Origin: an uncultured Gemmatimonadaceae bacterium
Lineage (GTDB): Bacteria > Gemmatimonadota > Gemmatimonadetes > Gemmatimonadales > Gemmatimonadaceae
Length of the DNA: 64,000 nt
Assembly: GCA_964438255.1 (NCBI GenBank)
Contig: CAYTKA010000010.1
Coordinates: 787 to 64,786 of the forward strand
Reading direction: 5' to 3'
The notes under the pieces are model-generated. The model saw only the letters and a program-made list of their open reading frames with translations, was not told the DNA's origin and made no database searches. The position numbers were made by a program, and so were the translations under genes. Positions 36,509 through 45,125 of this stretch are shown in pieces; the stretch's first letter is position 1, and each line of letters opens with the position of its first letter.

Positions 36509-37996
36509 TTGTCGCCGTCTTCCCGCTCCCTCCCTGAGACCTTCGGCGCGCTCAAGCGAACGCCGTTCGGTGCCCCTGACCGTCAGCGGCGTTCCGTCAA
36601 GGACGAGATCCGCCAGAACCTCATTGGCCGGCTCGCGACGGGCGGCCCGCTCTTCTCGGGCGTGATCGGCTACGAGGAGACGGTGATGCCGCAGATCGTC
36701 AACGCGCTCCTCTCGCGGCACAACTTCATCCTGCTCGGCCTACGCGGCCAGGCGAAGTCGCGCATCCTGCGCGCCCTCGTGACGCTGCTCGACGACGTGA
36801 TGCCGATCGTGGCAGGAAGCGAGGTGAACGACAATCCGTTCGCACCGATCTCGCGCTATGCCAAGAACCTGCTCACCGAGGCGGGCGACGATGCGCCGAT
36901 CGGCTGGGTGGACCGCGACAGTCGGTACGTCGAGAAGTTGGCGACGCCCGACGTGACGATCGCCGACATGATCGGGGACCTCGACCCGATTCGCGCGGCG
37001 CGTGGCGGTCACGTGCTCTCGGACGAGCTGACGATTCACTACGGCATGCTACCGCGCGCCAACCGCGGCATTTTCGCGTTGAACGAGCTTCCCGATCTCG
37101 CTGGAAAAGTCCAGGTCGGGTTGTTCAACGTGATGCAGGAGGGCGACGTCCAGATCAAAGGCTATCCCGTCCGCCTGCCGCTGGATGTGCAGCTCTGCTT
37201 CACGGCGAACCCGGAAGATTACACCGCGCGCGGCAAGATCATCACGCCGCTCAAGGATCGTATCGGCAGCGAGATCATCACGCACTACCCAGAGACCGTG
37301 CAGCTCGGGATGGAGATCACGCAGCAGGAAGCGTGGACGGACCGCGGCGGAAAGCCGGTGCGCGTCCCCGACTTCATCGGCGAAGTGGTGGAGCGCGTCG
37401 CGTTCGAGGCACGAACGGACAAGCGGATCGACCGCCGCTCCGGGGTGTCGCAGCGCATGCCGATCAGCGTGATGGAGAACGTGATCTCCAACGCCGAGCG
37501 TCGGGCAATCGTGACGGGGGAAAGCGAGGTCGTGCCCCGCATCTCCGACGTGTACTCCGCACAGCCCGCGATCACCGGCAAGATCGAGCTGGAGTACGAG
37601 GGGGAGCTGGTAGGTGGGCACGCGATTGCGCGCGAGCTGATTCGGCGCGCGGCCGACGCGACGTTCCAGGACCGCGCCGGCGGCGTCAATGTCGACGACA
37701 TCGTGATCTGGTTCGACGAAGGGGGCGCGCTCCAGGTGACGGACGACGAACGCGCTGACGCCATGGCGTCGGCGTTCGGCATCGTGCCCGGCCTCGTGGA
37801 GCTGGTGCGTCACGTCGGGCTCGCGCCCATGGGGGACGCGCCACTCACCGTGGCGGCGTGTGAGCTCGTGCTCGAGTCGCTCGTCGCGCGCAAGCGCATC
37901 TCGCGGTCGGACGGCGGAATGTATGGCCGTGCCGAGCCCGAGAAGCGCCGCCGCCGTCCGAACGAGGATTTTTTCGGGGGCGGCCTGTCCGCCTGA
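36509..37996 (+). CDS. ChlI/Mg-chelatase-like AAA+ ATPase (uncharacterised family normally partnered with a vWA protein)
   Basis: TTG start 5 nt after GGAGG. 495 aa with the P-loop region ILLGLRGQAKSRILRAL and the Walker-B region RGIFALNELPDL. Overall ChlI-like layout. Confidence 0.75.
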   Translation: MSPSSRSLPETFGALKRTPFGAPDRQRRSVKDEIRQNLIGRLATGGPLFSGVIGYEETVMPQIVNALLSRHNFILLGLRGQAKSRILRALVTLLDDVMPIVAGSEVNDNPFAPISRYAKNLLTEAGDDAPIGWVDRDSRYVEKLATPDVTIADMIGDLDPIRAARGGHVLSDELTIHYGMLPRANRGIFALNELPDLAGKVQVGLFNVMQEGDVQIKGYPVRLPLDVQLCFTANPEDYTARGKIITPLKDRIGSEIITHYPETVQLGMEITQQEAWTDRGGKPVRVPDFIGEVVERVAFEARTDKRIDRRSGVSQRMPISVMENVISNAERRAIVTGESEVVPRISDVYSAQPAITGKIELEYEGELVGGHAIARELIRRAADATFQDRAGGVNVDDIVIWFDEGGALQVTDDERADAMASAFGIVPGLVELVRHVGLAPMGDAPLTVAACELVLESLVARKRISRSDGGMYGRAEPEKRRRRPNEDFFGGGLSA

Positions 37997-38000
37997 CACC

Positions 38001-38537
38001 ATGACGGCCTCCGGCGCAGTGAGGCATCGATCGGCACAAGACAGCGACGCCGTGACGGTGCGCGCGGCGGGTCCGCGGGATCTCGACGCGGTTGTCGCGC
38101 TCCGGCTCGCGCTGTTGCGCGAGCACCCGGACCATCCGGTCTACGGTCGCCTGCGCCGGGACGTGCTCGACCGGGCGCGCGAGCTGTTCGCACACCAGCT
38201 TCGCTCCTCCATGGAAGTGATCTTCCTCGCCGAGCGTGATGCAGAGGTGATCGGTGTGCTCCGCTGTATGGAATCGGTCGGGTCGCCGTTGCTCGAGCCG
38301 GCGCGCTATGCGTACGTCTCGTCGGTATACGTTCGTCCCGAGGCCCGGCGCACCGGCGTGCTGCGCGCGCTGCTGGAGGCCGCCGATCGATGGTCGCGCG
38401 GACGCGGGCTCTATCAGATGCGATTGCACAACGTGGCGGGGAGTGCGGCGGCAGAGGGCGCGTGGTCGGCGCTGGGCTTTGCCGTCGTGGAACAGGTGCG
38501 TGTGCGAGATCTCGACCGCTCACCAGTGAACGACTGA
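38001..38537 (+). CDS. GNAT-family N-acetyltransferase
   Basis: ATG 38001. ...YVSSVYVRPEARRTGVLRALLEAADRWSRGRG is a motif A-like Q/RxxGxG/A segment. Confidence 0.7.
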   Translation: MTASGAVRHRSAQDSDAVTVRAAGPRDLDAVVALRLALLREHPDHPVYGRLRRDVLDRARELFAHQLRSSMEVIFLAERDAEVIGVLRCMESVGSPLLEPARYAYVSSVYVRPEARRTGVLRALLEAADRWSRGRGLYQMRLHNVAGSAAAEGAWSALGFAVVEQVRVRDLDRSPVND

Positions 38538-39172
38538 TGCCGATCGTCACCATCTCGCGACAGTACGGTTCCGGGGGCTCGGAGGTCGCCGAACGCGTCG
38601 CGCGCGCACTCGGCTGGAAGCTCTACGACAATGTGATGGTCGACGAGGTCGCGTCGCGGCTGCGGATGACACCCGCCGAGGTGTCCGCACGCGAGGAGCG
38701 CGTGCCGTCGCTCGTCGAGCGCATGGCGTCGGCAATGGCCCTCGGCGTGCCAGAGGTGATGCCGGTGGTCGGCGACATCGCCACGCAGCCGAGCGAGGAG
38801 CGCCTGGTGATGGTGACGCGCCGCGTGATCGAGGACGCGGTGCGCGCCGGCCCTGCCGTGCTCGTGGGACGCGGTGCACAGTGCATGCTCGCCGCGCGGA
38901 GCGACGCGCTGCACGTGTTCTGCTATGCGCCGTTCGAGGAGCTGGTACGGCGCGCCGTCGAGGAGCTGGGGGTACCCTTCCCCGAAGCGCGAAAGCAGGT
39001 GGCCGAGATGAACCACCAGCGCGAGGAGTATGTGAAGCGCTATTTCCAGCGCGACTGGCGCGACGTGGCCAACTACGACCTGTGCGTCAACACGTCGCGG
39101 CTCGGGTTGGACGGCGCGGCGGAGCTCGTCGTCCGGGTCGCGCGCGAGCGGTTCACGACTGATCAGACGTAA
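38537..39172 (+). CDS. Cytidylate-kinase-like family protein
   Basis: ATG 38537 shares one nt with the GNAT stop. MPIVTISRQYGSGGSEVAERVA is typical of the Cytidylate_kin2 family. Confidence 0.7.
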   Translation: MPIVTISRQYGSGGSEVAERVARALGWKLYDNVMVDEVASRLRMTPAEVSAREERVPSLVERMASAMALGVPEVMPVVGDIATQPSEERLVMVTRRVIEDAVRAGPAVLVGRGAQCMLAARSDALHVFCYAPFEELVRRAVEELGVPFPEARKQVAEMNHQREEYVKRYFQRDWRDVANYDLCVNTSRLGLDGAAELVVRVARERFTTDQT

Positions 39173-40448
39173 CCGTGCCGTCCTCCTCGGCACGTTCCAG
39201 CTCGCGCACCTCCGGCCGACGGAATGCCCACAGGCCGTAGAGCAGCATGATCGCCGCCGCGAGCCCGATCGTGGCGCGTACGCCGAGCGCGTGGGCGAGT
39301 ACGCCCCCCGAGAACGCGCCGATGACCTGCGACAACCCCACGACGACGAGCCCGTACGCCGCCATCATGCGTCCGCGCAGGTGATCCGGGACGATTCCCT
39401 GAAGGAGTCCATTCGAGATCGCGCCGTTGAGAATCATCGTCACACCGACGCCGAGGAGCAGAACGTACGCCTGCCAGGGTTGGCGACTGAGCGAGAACAG
39501 GATCAACAGCACCGCCCAGGTCATCGACGCCGCGACGAGCAGCTTGGTGCGCGAGACGCGGTATCCGACGCCGGCGAGTGACAGCGCCCCGGCGAGTCCG
39601 CCGATGCCGAGAAAGGAGAGGAGCAACCCGTACCCCTCCGCGCCGAGCCCGAACATCTCGCGCGCCACCACCGGCATCAGGGCGAGGATGGGTGCACCGA
39701 GGATGGAGTAGACGGTCACCATCTGCATCAGCGCGCCGACGCGTGGCGTCTCGCGCACGTAGCGGAGCGCCTGCCACATGCCGATCCACGGACGGGCGTG
39801 TCCCGGATGCGGTTTGTACGGGGGCAGCGTGATCATGAAGAGCCCGATCAGCACCGCGACGTAACTCGCCCCGTTGAGAAAGAAGCACCACGCGATGCCG
39901 AGGCGTGCGATCACGGCCGCGGCGAGTCCGGGACCGAAGACGCGCGCCAGGTTGAAGCCGCTCGAGTTGAGCGCGATCGCGTCGGGGAGATCGTCTCGAC
40001 CGACGAGGTCGATGAACATCGACTGACGCGCCGGGATCTCGATCGACGCGATCACGCCGCTGAGGAAGGCGAGGCCGAGCAGCGAGTCGATCGTGATGCG
40101 ATGCGTGACGGTGAGGCCCCACAGCACGAACGCCTCGAGCAGATACGCCGCCTGCGCGATGCGCACCAGCCGCAGCTTGTCCGAGCGGTCCACGAGCACG
40201 CCCGCCGGCATGGTGAGCACCAGCACGGGGACCGACGCCGCCGTCGCGACGAGCCCGACGAGGAAGGCGTTGTTGGTCAGCTCGAGGGCCAGCCACCCCT
40301 GCGCCATCGTTTGCATCCACGTGCCGATGAGCGAAAGCGTCTGACCGATCAGGAAGAGCCGGAAGTTCCGGTGTCGGATGACGACACGGAAGGGATTGAT
40401 CGACGTCGACGCTGCAGACTCTGGCGGGGGCGGGGGCGGAGCGGCCAC
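39153..40448 (-). CDS. MFS transporter (EntS/MFS_3-like)
   Basis: 431 aa with 12 TM segments. HRNFRLFLIGQTLSLIGTWMQ. GTG start giving M-A-A-P6. Confidence 0.8.
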   Translation of the reverse strand: MAAPPPPPPESAASTSINPFRVVIRHRNFRLFLIGQTLSLIGTWMQTMAQGWLALELTNNAFLVGLVATAASVPVLVLTMPAGVLVDRSDKLRLVRIAQAAYLLEAFVLWGLTVTHRITIDSLLGLAFLSGVIASIEIPARQSMFIDLVGRDDLPDAIALNSSGFNLARVFGPGLAAAVIARLGIAWCFFLNGASYVAVLIGLFMITLPPYKPHPGHARPWIGMWQALRYVRETPRVGALMQMVTVYSILGAPILALMPVVAREMFGLGAEGYGLLLSFLGIGGLAGALSLAGVGYRVSRTKLLVAASMTWAVLLILFSLSRQPWQAYVLLLGVGVTMILNGAISNGLLQGIVPDHLRGRMMAAYGLVVVGLSQVIGAFSGGVLAHALGVRATIGLAAAIMLLYGLWAFRRPEVRELERAEEDGTVTSDQS

Positions 40449-40531
40449 GCACGCAATATAGACGGGGCGGCTGTGACCTTTGGCATGGCACTCCTGCGTT
40501 TCCAGCGGTATCTCTCAAGCAGGAGGGCCCG

Positions 40532-41812
40532 ATGCGCTTTCATACCTACAGCAAGTACTCGCCGGAGATGGCCGACGCAGTCGATCTCCAGGCGTTGCTC
40601 GACAAGCTCGCCGACTTCCTCCTCCAGTCCGGCTTCGCCGGCGGCGAGGGGCAGCCGTACTACGGGATGGGCTTCGAGGAGCCGGGCGACCGCTCGCTCG
40701 ACGCGTTGCGGGACGCAATCCTCAAAGCGCTGATGGAGAGCGGCCAATTCACCCCCGAGATGCTCGAGGCCCTGCGCGGCGAGGGCGATGAAGAGGCACA
40801 GGCCAAGCTCGCGAAGCTGCTCGATGATCTCGTCAAGCGTCTCGTCGACGAGGGATACCTCAACCTCGACACCCCGCCGCAGATGCCGGCGAGCCACCAA
40901 CCGCTCGAGGGCAAGGGCTCGATCGCCCAGGCCGCGGCGCGCGACGTGAACTTCAATCTCACCGAGAAGGGGATCGACTTCCTCGGCTACAAGACGCTGC
41001 GCGGCCTCCTGGGCTCACTCGGCAAGTCGAGCTTCGGGAGCCACGACACGCCGTATCTCGCCACCGGGATCGAGGCGGACGGGTGGAGCAAGCAGTACGA
41101 GTTCGGCGACGTGCTCAACATCGACGTGAACGAGACACTGAAAGCCTCGATGATCCGCACCGGCGACATCAAAGTGCCGATGGATCTCGACTACGGCGAT
41201 CTCATGGTGCGGCAGGCCGAGTACCGCTCGAGCTGCGCGACGGTGCTCATGCTCGACTGCTCGCACTCGATGATCCTGTATGGCGAGGAGCGGTTCACGC
41301 CGGCCAAGAAGGTGGCGCTGGCGCTGACGCATCTCATCCGGACGCAGTTCCCCGGCGACACGATCAAGGTGATCCTCTTCCACGACTCGGCGGAGGAGAT
41401 CCCGCTCGCGACGTTGGCGGGAGCGCAGGTGGGGCCGTATCACACGAACACCGCCGAAGGCCTCAAGCTCGCGCGCCGGCTGTTGATGGCGCAGAAGAAG
41501 GACATGCGCCAGATCATCATGATCACCGACGGCAAGCCGAGCGCACTCACGCTGCCGGACGGGCAGATCTACAAGAATTCATTTGGTCTCGACGTTACAG
41601 TTATCGAGAGGACGCTGCAGGAGGTGGCGGCCTGCCGGAAGGCGGGGGTGATGATCAACACCTTCATGCTCGCCCGCGACCGCGCGCTCGTGGAGTTCGT
41701 GAAGCGCATGAGCGAGATCAGTCGTGGCAAGGCCTACTTCACGACGACGATGACGCTCGGACAGTTCATTCTCATGGACTTCCTGAAGCGGAAGACGCGC
41801 AAGGTGAGTTGA
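40532..41812 (+). CDS. vWA-domain protein (probable partner of the ChlI-like ATPase)
   Basis: 426 aa. MIDAS-type LMLDCSHSM (DxSxS) ...[17 protein letters not shown] lies 6 nt upstream. Confidence 0.8.
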   Translation: MRFHTYSKYSPEMADAVDLQALLDKLADFLLQSGFAGGEGQPYYGMGFEEPGDRSLDALRDAILKALMESGQFTPEMLEALRGEGDEEAQAKLAKLLDDLVKRLVDEGYLNLDTPPQMPASHQPLEGKGSIAQAAARDVNFNLTEKGIDFLGYKTLRGLLGSLGKSSFGSHDTPYLATGIEADGWSKQYEFGDVLNIDVNETLKASMIRTGDIKVPMDLDYGDLMVRQAEYRSSCATVLMLDCSHSMILYGEERFTPAKKVALALTHLIRTQFPGDTIKVILFHDSAEEIPLATLAGAQVGPYHTNTAEGLKLARRLLMAQKKDMRQIIMITDGKPSALTLPDGQIYKNSFGLDVTVIERTLQEVAACRKAGVMINTFMLARDRALVEFVKRMSEISRGKAYFTTTMTLGQFILMDFLKRKTRKVS

Positions 41813-41830
41813 TCGGGGCAGCGCCGACCG

Positions 41831-42820
41831 TCACAGCTCCCGGTTCAGGATCCTCCGAAGCATCCCCGTATCCAGGTTTCCCCCGCAGAAGATCACGCCG
41901 ACGCGCTGACCCGTGAGGGTGGGGGCGAGCTTGCGTGCCGCGGCGACGCCCATCGCACCCGCCCCCTCCACCAGGTGATGCGTCGACGAGAGGATGAGCC
42001 GCACGGCGTCGGCGATCTCGGCATCCGTCACGGTGATGAAGTCAGCGAGCCCGTCGATCAGCGCTGGCAGGGTGAGCTCGTAGGTCGTACGCGTCGCCAC
42101 ACCTTCGGCAAAGGTCGCGGCGCGCTCGGTCTTCCGTGGGGCGCGAGCGTGCCAGCCGTCGTGCACGGCGGGCGCGCCTGCCGCCTGCACGCCGATGATG
42201 CGAAGCGCCGGGCGCATCGCGCGTGCAACGGTGATCGCGCCCACCGCTTGTGAGCCGCCGCCGACGGCGATGAGCAACGTGTCGAGCGCGGGCGTCTGCT
42301 CCATGATCTCGAGCGTCATCGTGCCCGCGCCGGCGAGGACGTTCGGGTTGTTCGTCGAATGCGCGAGCGTGCGCCCTTCACGCTCGACGAACCGCTGCGC
42401 GACGGCGACTGCGTCGTCGTAGTCCGCCCCCTCCTCGATTACCTGCGCCCCCCAGGCGCGGAGCGCCGCGTTCTTCTCCGGGTTGTTCCCGCGCGGGACG
42501 CAGATGGTGACCGGCACGCCGAGCTGCCGGCCGGCGAAGGCGAGGCCGAGGCCGTGATTGCCCGTCGTGGCGCCGACGACACCGGCGCCCCGCTGCGACG
42601 CGGTCAGCGCCGTGACGGTCGCGAGCCCGTTCCGCACCTTGAATGATCCCGTCGGCTGCATGTTCTCGTGCTTCACGAGCACGGTCAGGCCGGGGAGCGC
42701 ATCGTCGAGGATGGGATATTGGCGAAGCGGCGTCGGCGTGAGGTACGGGGCGAGACGCTCACGCGCGGCACGGACGTCGTCGATCGTGATGGGCGGGGGC
42801 GGGGGCGGGGGCGCGGCCAT
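41831..42820 (-). CDS. PLP-dependent serine/threonine dehydratase (fold type II, no ACT regulatory domain)
   Basis: Start taken at ATG 42820 (MAAPPPPPPPITIDDV). PLP-lysine motif PTGSFKVRNG and glycine loop GGGSQAVG. Confidence 0.8.
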   Translation of the reverse strand: MAAPPPPPPPITIDDVRAARERLAPYLTPTPLRQYPILDDALPGLTVLVKHENMQPTGSFKVRNGLATVTALTASQRGAGVVGATTGNHGLGLAFAGRQLGVPVTICVPRGNNPEKNAALRAWGAQVIEEGADYDDAVAVAQRFVEREGRTLAHSTNNPNVLAGAGTMTLEIMEQTPALDTLLIAVGGGSQAVGAITVARAMRPALRIIGVQAAGAPAVHDGWHARAPRKTERAATFAEGVATRTTYELTLPALIDGLADFITVTDAEIADAVRLILSSTHHLVEGAGAMGVAAARKLAPTLTGQRVGVIFCGGNLDTGMLRRILNREL

Positions 42821-42921
42821 GCTGGAGATGATAGATTGCCCGCACCGCTTTGTCATCCCGCAGGAACGAGGGACGCGAGCGAGTGTCGGGACGGAGACGG
42901 CACAACCGAGACGAGGTGCAC

Positions 42922-43317
42922 GTGAGAACGTTCTGGGCAATCGCCGTTGGCGCGGCCGTGGGTGGCGTGGCGCGATTCTACCTGGCGGCCGCAGTGCAGC
43001 AGCGAGTGGGGACGGCCTTTCCCTGGGGCACCTTGCTGATCAACGTCTCGGGCAGCCTGTTGCTCGGTTTCATCATCCGCTACGCCCTGGCGACGTCCGC
43101 CATGAGCGTCGAGCTGCGCGCGCTGCTCACCACGGGCTTCTGCGGCGGATACACCACCTTCTCGACGTACAGCTACGAGACCGCCGCGCTGCTCGAGGAC
43201 GGCCAGTACGAGCGCGCGGCGATCTATGCGTTCGGCAGCATGCTCGTTGCCCTCGCCGCCACGTTCTGCGGCTTCGTTCTCGCGCGCGAGCTGCTCGCCT
43301 TCCGCGAGCGAGTTTGA
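42922..43317 (+). CDS. crcB: Fluoride ion channel CrcB/FluC
   Basis: GTG 42922 (alternative GTG 42916). FPWGTLLINVSGSLLLGF and TGFCGGYTTFSTYS are CrcB signatures. Confidence 0.85.
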   Translation: MRTFWAIAVGAAVGGVARFYLAAAVQQRVGTAFPWGTLLINVSGSLLLGFIIRYALATSAMSVELRALLTTGFCGGYTTFSTYSYETAALLEDGQYERAAIYAFGSMLVALAATFCGFVLARELLAFRERV

Positions 43318-43333
43318 CCGACTCGGAGGAGCC

Positions 43334-43705
43334 ATGCAGGGTTTGATGGGGGAGCGGGTCCTCATGCGGATCCACATCGGGGAGCGCGACAAGTTTCAGG
43401 GCAAGCCACTGTACGTCGCGATCGTCGAGCTGCTGCGGAGAAAGCACTACGCCGGCGCCACCGTGCTGCGCGCGATCATGGGGTTCGGCGCCAGCTCGAC
43501 GCTGCACACCGACCGCATCGAGGTGCTCTCGCTGGATCTGCCGATCGTCGTGGAGTGCGTGGAGACAGCCGAGCGCATCGACGCCATCCTCCCCGAGATC
43601 GACGCGATGATCGGTGGAGGACTGATCACCCTCGAGCGCGCCAACGTGATCATGTACCGGCCGCACGCGGCCGCCGGTGAGCAGCCATCCGGCGGGCCAG
43701 GTTAG
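43334..43705 (+). CDS. DUF190 protein (PII-like; family commonly linked to crcB/fluoride genes)
   Basis: ATG 43334 after GGAGGAG. LMRIHIGERDKFQGKPLYVAIVELLRRKHYAGATVLR. Confidence 0.75.
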   Translation: MQGLMGERVLMRIHIGERDKFQGKPLYVAIVELLRRKHYAGATVLRAIMGFGASSTLHTDRIEVLSLDLPIVVECVETAERIDAILPEIDAMIGGGLITLERANVIMYRPHAAAGEQPSGGPG

Positions 43706-44369
43706 CTTTATCGCCGTGCTCACGGCCCTCGTCACCCTCGTCGCGCTGGGCTTTCTGCTCGGCATGCGGCACGCCACCGATCCCGATCACGTGGTCGCGG
43801 TCACGACCATCGTGTCGCAGCAACGGTCGCTCGCGCGGGCGGTGCGAACGGGCGTCCTGTGGGGGATCGGCCACACGGCGACGATCCTGCTCGTCGGCGG
43901 GGCGATCATCGTGCTCAAGGTGCGGATCTCGGGGATCCCACCGCGGATCGGACTCTCCCTCGAGCTCGCGGTCGCGGTGATGCTGATCGTCCTCGGCCTG
44001 CTCACGCTCGCCGGCGGCGTACGCCGCGTCGCAGACAGCACGGCGCGCCCCCTCACCGTGGGCTTCGTGCACGGTCTCGCCGGCTCGGCCGCCGTCGCCA
44101 CGCTGCCCCAGGTGGCGCTCATCCCCGACCCGCTGTGGGCAGTGAGCTATCTCGCCGTGTTCGGCGTCGGCACGATTGCCGGAATGCTTCTGATCACCGC
44201 GTCGATTGCCGCACCGTCGCTGATGGCGGCGCACCGCTTCGCCGGGATGAGCCGCACGCTGCGCATCGCGTCGGGGGTGGCGAGCATCGGTTTCGGGCTC
44301 TTCCTCGTCCACCGCATCGGTTTCGTGGACGGCCTGTTCACGACGACGCCGAGCTGGACGCCGCAGTGA
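43677..44369 (+). CDS. NicO/NiCoT-like nickel/cobalt transporter family membrane protein
   Basis: MRHATDPDHVVAV (HxxDxDH) and GIGHTATILLVG, with 6 TM segments. The start may be GTG 43716 rather than 43677. Confidence 0.6.
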   Translation: MSSHPAGQVSFIAVLTALVTLVALGFLLGMRHATDPDHVVAVTTIVSQQRSLARAVRTGVLWGIGHTATILLVGGAIIVLKVRISGIPPRIGLSLELAVAVMLIVLGLLTLAGGVRRVADSTARPLTVGFVHGLAGSAAVATLPQVALIPDPLWAVSYLAVFGVGTIAGMLLITASIAAPSLMAAHRFAGMSRTLRIASGVASIGFGLFLVHRIGFVDGLFTTTPSWTPQ

Positions 44370-45055
44370 GCAGCGCCGCCGGGATCTCGATCGATCCGCG
44401 GCGCGGCCGGCGCTTCGGTACCCTGCTCCGCCGGTGGTTTCGCGCCAATGGTCGCGACCTTCCGTGGCGACGCACGCGCGATCCCTATCACATCCTCGTC
44501 TCCGAGCTGATGCTCCAGCAGACGCAGGTGTCGCGCGTCGTGCCGAAGTACGCGGAGTTTCTGTCCACCTTTCCCACGCTGCACGACGTCGCGCGAGCGC
44601 GCCCAGGGCGAGTGACGGAAGCGTGGTCGGGGCTCGGCTACTACGCGCGAGCGCGCAACCTCCACGCCCTCGCCAAGGGAGTCACCGACGGCGGTCGTGA
44701 CACTGCCGGCACCATTCCGCCCGACGTGGAGTCACTGCGCGCACTGCCCGGCGTCGGCGCCTACACGGCGGGTGCGGTCAGCTCGTTCGCCTACGAGCGG
44801 CGCGCCGAGCTGGTCGACACGAACGTCGCCCGCGTGCTGAAGCGCGCCTTCGCCCCGCACGTCGACGTGAAGTCAGGGCGCGGACAGAAGCAGATCTGGT
44901 CGATCGCACGCCGCCTGCTCCCCCGAACCGGCAAGGCGACGTGGACGCACAACCAAGCGCTCATGGAGCTCGGCGCGCTCGTGTGCACGGCGCGTGTGGC
45001 ACACTGCGGGAAATGCCCGGTGAGGTCGGTATGCGAGACGGCAGTGAGACGGTGA
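44366..45055 (+). CDS. MutY-like adenine DNA glycosylase, catalytic HhH-GPD/FeS domain only
   Basis: GTG 44366 (GTGA overlap). DPYHILVSELMLQQTQVSRV, LPGVGAYTAGAV (no Nth-type Lys), VDTNVARVL, and Fe-S loop CTARVAHCGKCPVRSVC. Only 229 aa. Confidence 0.75.
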   Translation: MSSAAGISIDPRRGRRFGTLLRRWFRANGRDLPWRRTRDPYHILVSELMLQQTQVSRVVPKYAEFLSTFPTLHDVARARPGRVTEAWSGLGYYARARNLHALAKGVTDGGRDTAGTIPPDVESLRALPGVGAYTAGAVSSFAYERRAELVDTNVARVLKRAFAPHVDVKSGRGQKQIWSIARRLLPRTGKATWTHNQALMELGALVCTARVAHCGKCPVRSVCETAVRR

Positions 45056-45125
45056 GACGGTCGGACGGTCGGACGGTCGGACGGTCGGACGGTCGGACGG
45101 TCGGACGGTCAGACGGTCAGACGGT
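45046..45125. repeat. Octanucleotide tandem repeat, 10 units (2x GAGACGGT, 6x CGGACGGT, 2x CAGACGGT)
   Basis: Read directly. The array starts in the last codons of the MutY-like gene (stop TGA 45053-45055) and ends on the first base of the gltA stop (45125-45127, minus strand). Confidence 0.95.

Noticed and set aside
42821-42921. A possible fluoride (crcB-motif) riboswitch in the 100 nt upstream of crcB. GGAGAUGAUAGAUUGCC...ACCGC loosely resembles the 5' half of the consensus (GGcGAUGGuGUUCgCC...AACCGCC).
   Set aside because: I could not find the conserved 3' half (…CUGAUGAuuCCUAc) or a convincing P3 stem. The match depends on indels, and the region is also the divergent dehydratase promoter. 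An Infernal scan with the fluoride model would settle it. I do not call it.
45046-45125. The octamer array considered as a CRISPR array or as coding repeats. ORF 44941..45249 translates it as SDGRTVGR repeats.
   Set aside because: The units are 8 nt and contiguous with no spacers, so this is not a CRISPR array. The repeat-containing ORF overlaps the ends of two solid convergent genes and is a translation artefact of the tandem repeat.
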